From a virus (taxonomy: Duplodnaviria; Caudoviricetes), in IMG/VR virus record IMGVR_UViG_3300028591_000070, positions 288,001 to 352,000 of that record: a DNA stretch of 64,000 nucleotides; one strand, given 5' to 3'. The position numbers and the translations under genes were made by a program. Position 1 is the first letter of the stretch; each line of letters opens with the position of its first letter. This document shows positions 10,999-21,151 of this stretch, piece by piece. The notes beneath the pieces were generated by a model. It worked only from the letters and a program-made list of their open reading frames with translations. It was not told where the DNA came from and searched no databases.

Positions 10999-13515
10999 TT
11001 AGTACAATCCTTGAGCGTGAAGGTTATTTACAAATCTGTTTCCAGCTTCTTTTTCAGTTACTTTTTCACCTTCAAAGTCATTTCTTCCAACAGCTTCGTA
11101 ATAATCTTGACGAGCAGATTCATTCATGAATGTTCCAGTAATTGGAGCTGCATCATCAAATCCAGGAATAATCTGATTTCTGTGTCTCAAGAATGCAGAT
11201 GTCGCTTCTTTAAGGTTTCTTGCACCATGGATTTGCTTTTCAAATGGTTCGATGTTCTTACCATATTTAGCATGCTGCTGTTCCCAATATTCATTTACTT
11301 CAACATTTTCTCTTACAATATTAATGCGGTTTTCAGCAGTTGGCATAAGATGCTTTGTAGTATCATACATGTCTGAAACCTGCTCTTTATATTGGTCAAA
11401 GCTTTCTTTCAAAGCATTATATTTCTTTGTCTGTTCATTGAAGTTATTCTTGAGAGTTTCAACAGAAGTAGTTGCTGTTTTGATGCTCTCTTTAAGAGTA
11501 GTATTTTCAGCATTTAGTTCTGCAATTCTCTTAACATTTCTATCTGTTGTTTTCTTAGCTTCTTCCATGATAGTAACAGCTTCTCTAAGTTTTGTCTCTA
11601 ATAAGCCATTATCTTTTTCAAGACGTTCATTTGTTTCAGAAAGTTTAGCAATAGTATCTTCACTTGTTGTCTTAGACTCTTTAAGCATATCTTTGAGAGC
11701 AGCAATTTCTGATTCTTTAGACTCAATTGTTTCATTTACTTTTTCAAGTTCATCACCAAAATTATCTAATGACTCTTTAAGAGTTTTGTTCTGCTCTTCC
11801 AAATCTTTGATATACTCTTCAGATTCAGTAATCTTTTCATTTGCAGATTTCTTGATATTATCTTTTCTCTGCATTAAAACTTTATTTTCTTCAGAAAGAG
11901 TATCATAAGATTCTTTCAATTCTTCATATTTAGCCTTAAAGTCTTCACCTTCAGCACTCTCTTTAATAGAAGCTCTAACTTCTGCAAGACGATCTTCAAG
12001 AGCTTTATTAGCTTCTTTTAAGAGTTCAACTTCTTCAGAAGATTTGTCAGACTCTTTGAGTGAAGCTACAAGATCTTTGTTGTAGTTTTTAATCTTTGCA
12101 TCAGCTGCTTCTCTTGCTTCAGAAAGCTGTTTCTTAAGATCTTCAATTTCTTCATTTAATTTACCATTTCTGATAGCTGCTTCTTCAACAAGCTCTTTAT
12201 AATCAATAACTTGTTCTTTAAGAAGTAATGCTGCTTCTAAGTTCTTTTCAGAAGCTTCGCGGAATTCCTTTGTAGACATGTCATAGTCTTTCTGGATTTC
12301 AACTGCTGATTCAACCATCTTTTCAAGGCGCTGTTTTTCAGCAATAATCTGTGCTTCTACTTTTTCTTTAAGGTCTGTGCAGTTTCCATCTTCGAAACAA
12401 TCTAGGATGTCTGTACATTCATTTAATCTATCAATTGGGTTTACGCCTTCTGATGATTCTGCCAAGAAATTGTTTACATAATTTCTAAAGATTTTTTCTT
12501 CTGCTTTTGTAAGCTTTTTAGACTCATGAACAGGCTGAGCTACAGCTGTCTGAGCTTGTGTATTTGTTGCGTCTGCTGTCATATTTTCCTCATTATTTGT
12601 ATTGTTTTGGATTATTTTGCTCTGAGCATTAGCTGGAGCACTCTTGATAATAACTGGATTTCCATTATCTACAGGGCCTTTCATACCTGCTGTAGCTTCT
12701 GTAATCTGATTTGAAGTATCTATTTGTGTATTTTCATTGATAGGACCAACACCTTTATAGTTGATAACAGCTGGCTGGCTGATATCCTTCATAAAGTTTG
12801 TAGGAGCTACACTATGATTATCTCTAGCATAAGTACCATAAGTTCCCTGAGATGGATTAAGTACTAAGTCTGCTAAACGTTCAATTTGGAAGGTATTTGG
12901 GTCAACGATTCTTGTAATTTGATTTACATCGCCAAAACCACTAGAAGATGTACCTACACGTCCATGATGATTTAAGATCTCTTGAGCAAGATGTCCGTAA
13001 GGTCCAACAAATGAGGCATAACCAAAAACAGTTCCTTGTTCATCAAGGTCCATATCATGCCATACTACAGCCTGGTCTCTAAATAAACCAGGGTCATCAT
13101 CTTTAACAGGATGGTCGGCTAATCCACATAAACCACACCAAGCTTCTCTCTGATTATCTCTTACATTTTCAAATAAGGCTTTTGGATAGATACGACCATT
13201 TAAGTTTTTAACGTCGTAGTGAGCTACTGGAATGCGCCATACTTCAAATGAGTCATTATTACCATTCTTAGTAAGTGATTCAAGTACCTTATTTAATAAG
13301 AGAATAGTCTGTGAATTGTCTTGATTATCTGTAGATGTGAGAGCTTCTTTTAAGGTCTGAGCAGCTTTAATAACGTCCATGTTAGAAACAACACACTCAT
13401 TGAGTTTATTTGGTTTTTCTACGCCATGAATTTTAAAAGCATTTTCATGTAAACGAGAAGCTTTAGCCTGGAAATCATTCTGTTTAAATGACCAGCTTTC
13501 TACTAATCTTTGCAT
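10999..13515 (-). CDS. prohead core protease fused to coiled-coil scaffold
   Basis: NLNGRIYPK, LADHP, GTSSSGFG, DLVLNPS (gp21-like protease) followed by a long coiled coil rich in LKES. Confidence 0.85.
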   Translation of the reverse strand: MQRLVESWSFKQNDFQAKASRLHENAFKIHGVEKPNKLNECVVSNMDVIKAAQTLKEALTSTDNQDNSQTILLLNKVLESLTKNGNNDSFEVWRIPVAHYDVKNLNGRIYPKALFENVRDNQREAWCGLCGLADHPVKDDDPGLFRDQAVVWHDMDLDEQGTVFGYASFVGPYGHLAQEILNHHGRVGTSSSGFGDVNQITRIVDPNTFQIERLADLVLNPSQGTYGTYARDNHSVAPTNFMKDISQPAVINYKGVGPINENTQIDTSNQITEATAGMKGPVDNGNPVIIKSAPANAQSKIIQNNTNNEENMTADATNTQAQTAVAQPVHESKKLTKAEEKIFRNYVNNFLAESSEGVNPIDRLNECTDILDCFEDGNCTDLKEKVEAQIIAEKQRLEKMVESAVEIQKDYDMSTKEFREASEKNLEAALLLKEQVIDYKELVEEAAIRNGKLNEEIEDLKKQLSEAREAADAKIKNYNKDLVASLKESDKSSEEVELLKEANKALEDRLAEVRASIKESAEGEDFKAKYEELKESYDTLSEENKVLMQRKDNIKKSANEKITESEEYIKDLEEQNKTLKESLDNFGDELEKVNETIESKESEIAALKDMLKESKTTSEDTIAKLSETNERLEKDNGLLETKLREAVTIMEEAKKTTDRNVKRIAELNAENTTLKESIKTATTSVETLKNNFNEQTKKYNALKESFDQYKEQVSDMYDTTKHLMPTAENRINIVRENVEVNEYWEQQHAKYGKNIEPFEKQIHGARNLKEATSAFLRHRNQIIPGFDDAAPITGTFMNESARQDYYEAVGRNDFEGEKVTEKEAGNRFVNNLHAQGLY

Positions 13516-13599
13516 TATTTATTCTCCACATTTAAACACTGGATTCACTGTGGTCATTCAGACCACAATGTTTAATTTAATTAGTAAAATTCAAAATAA

Positions 13600-14238
13600 T
13601 TATTTACTTTTTTCTCTCTCCCATGGAAGTAATCCACTAAAGTCTATTCCACTATCTGGAACTTCCTCCTCTTCCTTCTCTTCAGGTTTGAAGGCTTGTT
13701 CCCATAATAAATAATTATAAGAATTTTCCATTTGCTTATCTGCAATAATGCGTTCTTGTTTTGCATAAATATCATTGAATAGATCACTATTCATGTATTC
13801 TCTATATGTATTTGTAAGCAGACTTCTAATTGTATCAGAGAATCCAAATCTATCACACTGTTCTCTTATGAGTTTGACGCCTTCTCTTATAGGAATATCT
13901 TGCTTATAAGCAAACCAGTCACATAGCATTTCAACCATATCTATTAGAGTCATTTCATGCTCTGGGTTTACGAAATGTTCCGGATGATGAGAATTGACTC
14001 TGTAATGATGCTTAAATACCTCAGAGAATCTTCTGAGTTTGTCATAATATTCATAAGAACCATATTCATAGCGAGGCTCTAAATCCATAGCAGCCCATCC
14101 ATAAACTTCGGGTTCTTCTAGTTTAGATTGGTCATGGGTTTCTCCTTTCTGCTTCAACACATCGGCAAACTTATTTAACAGTTTTCGTACATTATAAATA
14201 TGCCCTTCAGTATATGATACAGTTTGTTCGACTCCCAT
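13600..14238 (-). CDS. HD-domain protein (DUF5662-like)
   Basis: HDQSK, HHYRVNSHHPEH, DMVEMLCDW. Confidence 0.8.
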   Translation of the reverse strand: MGVEQTVSYTEGHIYNVRKLLNKFADVLKQKGETHDQSKLEEPEVYGWAAMDLEPRYEYGSYEYYDKLRRFSEVFKHHYRVNSHHPEHFVNPEHEMTLIDMVEMLCDWFAYKQDIPIREGVKLIREQCDRFGFSDTIRSLLTNTYREYMNSDLFNDIYAKQERIIADKQMENSYNYLLWEQAFKPEEKEEEEVPDSGIDFSGLLPWEREKSK

Positions 14239-14274
14239 ACCTTAAATTAGTTTTGAGAAGTTAATATTTTCTTT

Positions 14275-15072
14275 ATGGATATTTTAATTTGTGGATATGG
14301 GAATATTGGAAAACATATTTATACTGAATTACTTCCAACAATAAAAAATTGTGATGCGGCTATTCATGTTTATGACAAATACAAAAATATACAATTTGTG
14401 TCAGATCCTTTATATATGGACCTCCATAGAGGTTGGACAACTTCAAAATTTGATTATGTTTTTATTTGTGTTCCAACCGAGATGAAAAAGGATGGGTCAG
14501 TAAATACTGAAGAAGTTTTAGATTGTATAAATAAATATTCCAACTCAGACACTCTTATTATAAAAAGTGCAGTTCCAGTTGGGTTTACAGATAAAATTGC
14601 AAATAACAATAATATTGTAGTTTCACCTGAATTCTGGGGTACAACACAGCATAGTAAAGATCCAGACTATATTATTTTAGGTGGATATCGAGATTATACA
14701 GACAAAGTTGCAAATCTCTATAGTTATGCCAAAGATGGATATTATAAGTATCATTTTACAGACCATAAGACAGCTGAGCTTGTAAAATATATGGAAAATT
14801 GTTGGATTGCAACTAAAGTTACATTCTGTAATGAGTTTGCAGAAATTGCAAAAGAATTTGGTATTAGTTATCCTGAATTAAGAGAACTTTGGCTTGCAGA
14901 TTCTAGAGTTTCTCCATCTCATACTTATGTTTATCCAGATGAACCTTACTTTAATAGCCATTGCCTAAATAAAGATATACCTGCACTTATTAAGTTTTGT
15001 GAAGATCAAAAAATCGATACACCTTTAATTAAGAAAGTTTTAGAGATTAGAAATTCTAAAAAAGGATATTAA
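14275..15072 (+). CDS. UDP-glucose/GDP-mannose dehydrogenase family protein (short form)
   Basis: GYGNIG, FICVPT, IKSAVPVG, SPEF, AELVKYMEN..IATKVTFCNE, HCLNKD; C-terminal domain absent. Confidence 0.85.
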   Translation: MDILICGYGNIGKHIYTELLPTIKNCDAAIHVYDKYKNIQFVSDPLYMDLHRGWTTSKFDYVFICVPTEMKKDGSVNTEEVLDCINKYSNSDTLIIKSAVPVGFTDKIANNNNIVVSPEFWGTTQHSKDPDYIILGGYRDYTDKVANLYSYAKDGYYKYHFTDHKTAELVKYMENCWIATKVTFCNEFAEIAKEFGISYPELRELWLADSRVSPSHTYVYPDEPYFNSHCLNKDIPALIKFCEDQKIDTPLIKKVLEIRNSKKGY

Positions 15073-15935
15073 ATCTCTTCAAATTTAATGTTTGGATTTT
15101 GAAGAGTATATTTTATTTGTTCTTTCCACAAATCAAATTGAACATCTTCAGGAATAAACTCATAAGCTGTATGCCATTGATAAATTGACAAGATATTTCC
15201 ATATTTATTTCTTATTAATTTTCTGACAATATGAATTTCATCGGCATTTTTTCCAAGTTGCCATACGCAAGTCTTATCGCTTTCAAATAAGTCACCAACT
15301 TTTTTATAAGTATAATAAATGGTATCAGGCTTATTTGTTTGATTATAGTAAATGCCAAAGCTTCTCATTTTAGACAAAATAAAATGTTTTACCGGAACAT
15401 CTAATAAGTTCATATCGCCAGCTTTTCTATTCTCATAATCTACTTTATATGGATATTTGAAATAAACATTTACATTGGTCATGTCTTTTAGGTCTTTATT
15501 TTCATATAAGTCGAAATAATATTTATTAAATTCACAGCCTTTATCAGAGCAAAAGAAAGTTCCATTATTTATTTCATGCTTTTCAGGACTGTAATAAACA
15601 CAGTTTTTATTAGCCCAAATTTTATTTTGCATTTCTTTTGTTATGTAAACATCTGCATCACAATAAAAATAATCATCATAAATTAAGGAATAATATAAAC
15701 GGATTTGGTCACCAATGAATGACGGAAGTGATTTTTGATTTTTCTTTATATAGACATTTTCATAAGACTCTCTAGCATGATGCAACTTTTGAATATCTGG
15801 CATTATATCATCTAAAGTTAAAATGGTAGGACTTTGTAGCTGAGCTACACAGAACTCAGCTACAGGATTTTTTAAATAATTATCATAATTAAAAACAACA
15901 GTCATGCTTAATTTAGTTATTAGTATGTTTTGCAA
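15069..15935 (-). CDS. putative GT-A glycosyltransferase-like protein
   Basis: DQIRLY...FYCDADVY (DxD) and INNG.F motifs; convergent with UDP-sugar dehydrogenase gene. Confidence 0.5.
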   Translation of the reverse strand: MQNILITKLSMTVVFNYDNYLKNPVAEFCVAQLQSPTILTLDDIMPDIQKLHHARESYENVYIKKNQKSLPSFIGDQIRLYYSLIYDDYFYCDADVYITKEMQNKIWANKNCVYYSPEKHEINNGTFFCSDKGCEFNKYYFDLYENKDLKDMTNVNVYFKYPYKVDYENRKAGDMNLLDVPVKHFILSKMRSFGIYYNQTNKPDTIYYTYKKVGDLFESDKTCVWQLGKNADEIHIVRKLIRNKYGNILSIYQWHTAYEFIPEDVQFDLWKEQIKYTLQNPNIKFEEI

Positions 15936-16533
15936 AGAATGACTCTATTGAACCGAGATTTGCTAAAACAAAGAACTTATTGTTACGGCCATCATCAGCA
16001 CTAAAATAACTAAAATCATTTGGGTAGTCTTTAGAATAAACTAATACATATTCATAGTCTGAAGCATTATCTGCTTCACCATCAAGCTGCCATTCCAAAC
16101 GTTTAGTATTTTTATTTTGGAATAGTACACCAAAATTTCTATAGCCATGAAAATAGTTATTACTCTCAGAATTAAAATTATAGCTAAATTGAAAACTTTC
16201 ATCATTTGTACCTATAGTATATACTAAATCTGAAATATTTCCGCGAGCATATGATGTTTTTTCATTCGCAATTAGATAAGGTCTTACTAAGTTCTTAAGA
16301 GCATCAACATCATACTCAAGGTCTGCACCTCCCTGAACCAATTCAACCTTCTTTACAACATCCAAAGCTGAGAAAACATTAGAGCCAGCTTTTACCTGAA
16401 CTTTTGTATAATCTGTATCATCAGGAAGTGTAATGCCATCTCTTAATGCATCTAATGTAGTAGATGTAAATCTTACTCCATCAGTAGTATAAGACAAATT
16501 ACCTTTTTCTTCGCCTCTAAAATATAACTTCAT
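15913..16533 (-). CDS. hypothetical protein (late promoter class)
   Basis: 206-aa ORF, AGGAG SD, ACTAAT motif upstream. Confidence 0.6.
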   Translation of the reverse strand: MKLYFRGEEKGNLSYTTDGVRFTSTTLDALRDGITLPDDTDYTKVQVKAGSNVFSALDVVKKVELVQGGADLEYDVDALKNLVRPYLIANEKTSYARGNISDLVYTIGTNDESFQFSYNFNSESNNYFHGYRNFGVLFQNKNTKRLEWQLDGEADNASDYEYVLVYSKDYPNDFSYFSADDGRNNKFFVLANLGSIESFFAKHTNN

Positions 16534-17499
16534 TCTATAATCTCCTATGAATTAATTAGTTTTTAAAATAAAAAAGGACGGCAAAAAGCCGTCCAAAAAG
16601 CATAAATTATATTTTACTTGTGATTTTCTTTATAATCTTCATAACGATAATTCATTGCTTTTGCAATATTAAGTTCTTGTTTTTCTTCTTCAAAAAGACG
16701 AAGTCCTGCTTTTTTGTCTTTTCTTTTAATTTTTGGAAATTTTACTTTAAAAGTAATTTCTAAATAACCTTGAATGCCATAATAAAAAGCATATGAACAC
16801 CAGAAAGCTATTATAATACCTACTCCAGAGCGAAATCCTAAAAATATCATTATTACTGACATAAGCAAAGCAACCCACATTGTAATAAAAACTGCAGTTG
16901 AGAGATCTTTAAGTTTCATCATAAATGGAGTTTTTTTAGCATTATTTATCCGATCAGCTTCTTCACCTACTTTATTATACTCATTAACCCATTTAACAAA
17001 AGTGGAATTATCAACTTTTTCTGAAATTTGTTGAACATAATCACACTGCTCATTGATAGCTGTTAATGCTTTAAGATTATCTTTTTCATTAATAGCAGTT
17101 TCAATGAGACTCATTTTTTCGTCAAACTTCTTTTTATATTCTTTTTTATTCAAAATTTGCCTCCATATATAGATTATACCAAAGCTTCAACCAAATAGTC
17201 ATATAATTCTTTATCATCATCCAGATGAAATACTTGGCCTAAATAAGTAACTTCGCCACCATAATTTTGATCATATAGATAATAATCTACAAAATCTTTA
17301 ATTTTATTATAGGGAGCTTCTTTTACTGCGCTGAATAATGTAAATAAATGCTCCCAAAGTAAATCTGCAAGAAGGTCTGAACGAACTCCTCCAGCATCAG
17401 TAATAAAAGGATTATTACTATTAAATTTTTCAACTGCATCATCAGTTTTAATATCTAAGTTTCTAATAATATCTAATCGTTCCTTAAATAATTGAAATG

Positions 17500-18069
17500 T
17501 CATTTAAAACTCCTAGTTAAATTTTGTGTATTTATAAAATCTAAAATTTGATGAACACCATCATTATAGTCTTTAGGTGTAAAAGTCCAATCCCAATCAT
17601 CAGCATTAAACTTAGGATTTATCATGAATGACTGATAGGGCACACCATAATCATCAATAAATTTTAATACATAATCTAGACCTTTATGATTAGCCATGTC
17701 ATTAATATCCACCATTGTTTGACAAACCTTAGTAAAACCTAAAGTTTTTTCATAATAACCACAAATATCTCTTCTCACATGAGTTTCTTTTTGATAATAG
17801 CCTAAAACAACAAGCCACTCAACTTTAGACAGAATAATTTTTTTAACATCATCATCTTTAAGAAGAGGCAAACCTTTTTCATAATTGAAAATATTAACCA
17901 ACTCTTTTGTAGGTGTAATCGCAAATCCACCTAAATCGGCAGGTGTCAAATAGCATTCACAATTACTAAAATCTGAATGATAACCAACAAACATTTTATG
18001 AAGAAGCCAGAATTGAGCACTGTTAAACGCTTTTTCAAACTCTTCTGCAGATACTTTTCTTACTCCCAT
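17500..18069 (-). CDS. putative GNAT-like domain protein
   Basis: YLT...GGFAI...LVNIFN...G...YYEKTLGF resembles phage GNAT-like domains. Confidence 0.4.
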   Translation of the reverse strand: MGVRKVSAEEFEKAFNSAQFWLLHKMFVGYHSDFSNCECYLTPADLGGFAITPTKELVNIFNYEKGLPLLKDDDVKKIILSKVEWLVVLGYYQKETHVRRDICGYYEKTLGFTKVCQTMVDINDMANHKGLDYVLKFIDDYGVPYQSFMINPKFNADDWDWTFTPKDYNDGVHQILDFINTQNLTRSFK

Positions 18070-18071
18070 TC

Positions 18072-19217
18072 TTAGTCCTCTATATTAGCTGAACTAGTAC
18101 AATGGATTTCATCTACTACATTACAAACAATATTTTCAGGTCCGACTTCATCACAATGTGTAAGTTCCAAAATTGTCTTAGTAATTTGTTTATCTTTAAT
18201 TATAGGATTTAAGTCATTCAAATCCTTTAGAATTCGCTGTGTAAGAAGCATTGAATTTAAAGCATTATACTTAAATTCACCTTGCCATTGATTATAATGA
18301 TTATTAAAATCTTCTTCAATATAAGAAGAAATCAACTTTCTTTTTACAGGACTAAAAGATTCATCATCGCCATGTCTTGTTTCATAAGTACGCGATACAT
18401 AATGGATAGTAAAAGACTCAATACAATCTTGTAAGAGAGATACAAAATTTCTATCTAAAGTTTTTAATCCTGTATAAGAAGGAGTCTTTTCAGAGTCATT
18501 GTTACCATTATCTCCAATAGCTAAACCCTGACCATTTTCAAAAATAACATTTTGATATAATTTAATAAATTCATAATTATTAACTGGTTTAGTTGTTCTA
18601 AACATAAACTCACAGTCGGAAATAAAATGGTCAATAAGTCCTTTTCTAAGAGCAAGATCAGTAAAAAATGGAGCATATTCTGGTAATAACTCATCTTTTG
18701 ATAAATTAGATTGATACCAGTTTGCAATATCATTAATATAGTTATATCGTTGTTTATAGTCATTTAGCATAAACTCATCAAATGACCACTTAAATCTTGA
18801 ATTAGAAAATCTTTGAATAGTTTTCCAAATACCCATACCACAAGTATTATGAATACCTCGATATAGGGCATTATTTTGATTTACGATAATATCAAATGGA
18901 GTAACCCATCTACAGTCTTTATGTCTAAAAATAGCAGGAGCGGTTTTCATCCAATTTAAGTTGTACTCCTGCATAAATTGCATTGGGTCCATAATAAACA
19001 TAGGACCAAAAAAACTTGCGCTTCCTAAACAAGAAGCGCTTCCAAAATGTTTATTATTATAAACTTTATCTTGATAAAAAACTGAATGTCCACGTTGAGC
19101 TCCACCATTATTTAATATAACTATTGTATTTGTAGGATCTTTAGCTGCAACTCTAGCTGTTATAGTACCTTTACCTTCGTCGCCATATCCAGCTCCGATT
19201 ACCATATGAACATTCAT
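18072..19217 (-). CDS. adenylosuccinate synthetase-like (PurA superfamily) protein
   Basis: GAGYGDEGKG, NGGAQRGH, TCGMG, FENGQG, TPSYTG, RTYETRHG, LTHCD. Confidence 0.85.
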   Translation of the reverse strand: MNVHMVIGAGYGDEGKGTITARVAAKDPTNTIVILNNGGAQRGHSVFYQDKVYNNKHFGSASCLGSASFFGPMFIMDPMQFMQEYNLNWMKTAPAIFRHKDCRWVTPFDIIVNQNNALYRGIHNTCGMGIWKTIQRFSNSRFKWSFDEFMLNDYKQRYNYINDIANWYQSNLSKDELLPEYAPFFTDLALRKGLIDHFISDCEFMFRTTKPVNNYEFIKLYQNVIFENGQGLAIGDNGNNDSEKTPSYTGLKTLDRNFVSLLQDCIESFTIHYVSRTYETRHGDDESFSPVKRKLISSYIEEDFNNHYNQWQGEFKYNALNSMLLTQRILKDLNDLNPIIKDKQITKTILELTHCDEVGPENIVCNVVDEIHCTSSANIED

Positions 19218-19228
19218 TATATTCTCCT

Positions 19229-19519
19229 TTACCAGGTGATTACATCATCTGATTTATGTTCAATTTTTAAAGATGAGTCATCATTTGTATGAAAGTCAAC
19301 CATACAAACTTTATCATTACCTTCAAGTTTAATAAAAGGTGTAGACTCTGCAGTCCATTGATCTTGCCAAATCTTTACATTTTTTACAGTAATATCATAA
19401 GATAAATCTGGATGCCTTTCTTTAAGATTTGGCCCATAAGTCGGATGATTTTTAGGATCAATATCCCAGTATAAAAAATCTTTTAATTCGGAAAGTTTGC
19501 CTTCAATAATAATTCTCAT
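19229..19519 (-). CDS. hypothetical protein ending in VITW
   Basis: ORF in operon; C-terminus KSDDVITW. Confidence 0.7.
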   Translation of the reverse strand: MRIIIEGKLSELKDFLYWDIDPKNHPTYGPNLKERHPDLSYDITVKNVKIWQDQWTAESTPFIKLEGNDKVCMVDFHTNDDSSLKIEHKSDDVITW

Positions 19520-19527
19520 AGCTGCAC

Positions 19528-19872
19528 CTACCAAGTAATAACATTATCAAGAAGGCCTTCATTAGCAGTTCCTTCTAGATTATACATTTTTTCAAATGTT
19601 TGTTCAGGATAAACAGACCAGTCAGTGTTACTTCTTTTAATGATATAAGAGCCTTCACCTATATGAACTCTTCGTCTGTCTCCCTCTTCATTGATATAAG
19701 ATGCATTAAAATAATTCCATCCATGATAATCGTGTTCATAGTCTATAGAAGCCACTTGAGGTAAAAATTTACGTATTTCTGCGGCTATATTAAAACTATT
19801 TTCTTCATTTAACTGAGGAATGTGAATGCATTCACCCTCATCTGGAATGCGCTTACACTTATAAACTACCAT
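19528..19872 (-). CDS. phage protein, divergent paralogue of 19866-20177, ending in VITW
   Basis: GSYIIK...VYPEQTFEKMY aligns with GWLVK...IYPVKDETFKKVY. Confidence 0.7.
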   Translation of the reverse strand: MVVYKCKRIPDEGECIHIPQLNEENSFNIAAEIRKFLPQVASIDYEHDYHGWNYFNASYINEEGDRRRVHIGEGSYIIKRSNTDWSVYPEQTFEKMYNLEGTANEGLLDNVITW

Positions 19873-20177
19873 GTTATTACCCCTGTTGAGTCATCCATAG
19901 GTTCGTATACTTTTTTAAAAGTCTCATCTTTTACAGGATAAATAGAACCATCAATGCCTTTAACAAGCCAACCATTTTTAGGACAAAACATTTCACTTCC
20001 ATCAGGTTTAGTTATGATAAAAACTTCATCTCCATCAATGTCATTATCCCATTCTACTTCTAGATCTTCCCAATTGTCAATAATCCAATCTGCAATTTCT
20101 TCTGCATTTTCATCGCTACCTGTAAACTGAACAGCTTCAACAATAATTGGCTTTTTACGGAATTTCTGCAAAGTCAT
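19866..20177 (-). CDS. conserved small phage protein ending in VITW
   Basis: KKPIIVEAVQFTG...KGIDGSIYP..DETFKKVYE, a widespread phage family pattern. Confidence 0.75.
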   Translation of the reverse strand: MTLQKFRKKPIIVEAVQFTGSDENAEEIADWIIDNWEDLEVEWDNDIDGDEVFIITKPDGSEMFCPKNGWLVKGIDGSIYPVKDETFKKVYEPMDDSTGVITW

Positions 20178-20224
20178 TCTATTTTCTCCTATTTAATAGA
20201 GGAGCCGAAGCTCCTCTATTTATT

Positions 20225-21148
20225 TTACCAAGTTACAACACCAATAGTTGCATTATCTTCTGTAAGATGTTCTGTTTCTTCACCAGCATTCTCGATAGAA
20301 GATTCAATACAATCCATAATTGTCTTGTTCAAATTGTTAATTGTTGATACCTTGTATCTTTCACCAAGAAGCTGCTTAAATCCTTTCATATTTTTATCTT
20401 CATAAAAATCTTTATCAGGATTTTCGATATACTTCTTGTTGTTTGAATAACAAGTTTCATCATCATCTACAGAAATATGATAAATATCAAACTTCTTAGA
20501 AGCGGCTTTGTAAAGGTCTGGTGTCTTAAGAGAACCAAACTCTTCAGCGCCTTCAGGACGTCCAAAATATTCAACAATTCTGTTTTCCGGCAAATCAGGA
20601 TTTAATGGCTCATCACCCATCGTAATGATGATACCTTTTCGTCCCTGTTTGTCATAAGCATCAAGTTTTGTACGGTAGAGACCAAAGAACCAAGGAGCTG
20701 TATAGCTTTCCCAGTTATTTCCACCACCATGATGCTCCATCCAAATATCATCAAGCTGTTTTGCTACACGGACATCAGACTCAAACTGAGAAACCTGGAG
20801 TGGAGAGTAGTCACATTCAAAGTCACCAACTCCCATAACCATGATTTCAATATCCTTAAACTTCTTATAAAGTTTATCCATCATAGCGCCCAAAGCTGCA
20901 GCAGTTTCCTGACAAGCAGAACCCATAGAACCTGTAACATCCAAAGCGAGAATTACAGGTATTGTATTTGGGTGTTCAGCAGTGTTGATACATTCACGGA
21001 TTTTGTTCTTAGGATTCATAGTCTCCTTCATTGAAGAAGAAGTCCATGCCTGCCCTGAAGTAACACGCAATGTTGAAGCATCAACACTTTTTTTCATCGA
21101 CCTTGAATAAGTTACAAAGTCTGAACTTGAATATGCTCCTCCACCCAT
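20225..21148 (-). CDS. von Willebrand factor A domain protein ending in VVTW
   Basis: MIDAS DVTGSMG, SQFESD, GGGNNWESY, TMGDE. Confidence 0.85.
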   Translation of the reverse strand: MGGGAYSSSDFVTYSRSMKKSVDASTLRVTSGQAWTSSSMKETMNPKNKIRECINTAEHPNTIPVILALDVTGSMGSACQETAAALGAMMDKLYKKFKDIEIMVMGVGDFECDYSPLQVSQFESDVRVAKQLDDIWMEHHGGGNNWESYTAPWFFGLYRTKLDAYDKQGRKGIIITMGDEPLNPDLPENRIVEYFGRPEGAEEFGSLKTPDLYKAASKKFDIYHISVDDDETCYSNNKKYIENPDKDFYEDKNMKGFKQLLGERYKVSTINNLNKTIMDCIESSIENAGEETEHLTEDNATIGVVTW

Positions 21149-21151
21149 GTT

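Noticed and set aside
11011-11908. Long + strand ORFs (121 and 218 aa) opposite the scaffold gene, and similar antisense ORFs such as 43628-44095 and 49034-49366
   Set aside because: Ser/Leu/Phe-rich antisense shadows of coding regions, with no recognisable RBS or motifs.
18072-19217. PurZ / 2-aminoadenine DNA pathway (PurA-like plus HD hydrolases)
   Set aside because: The motif is GDEGKG with the PurA-type Asp rather than the Ser-containing PurZ-type motif, and the HD genes are not adjacent.
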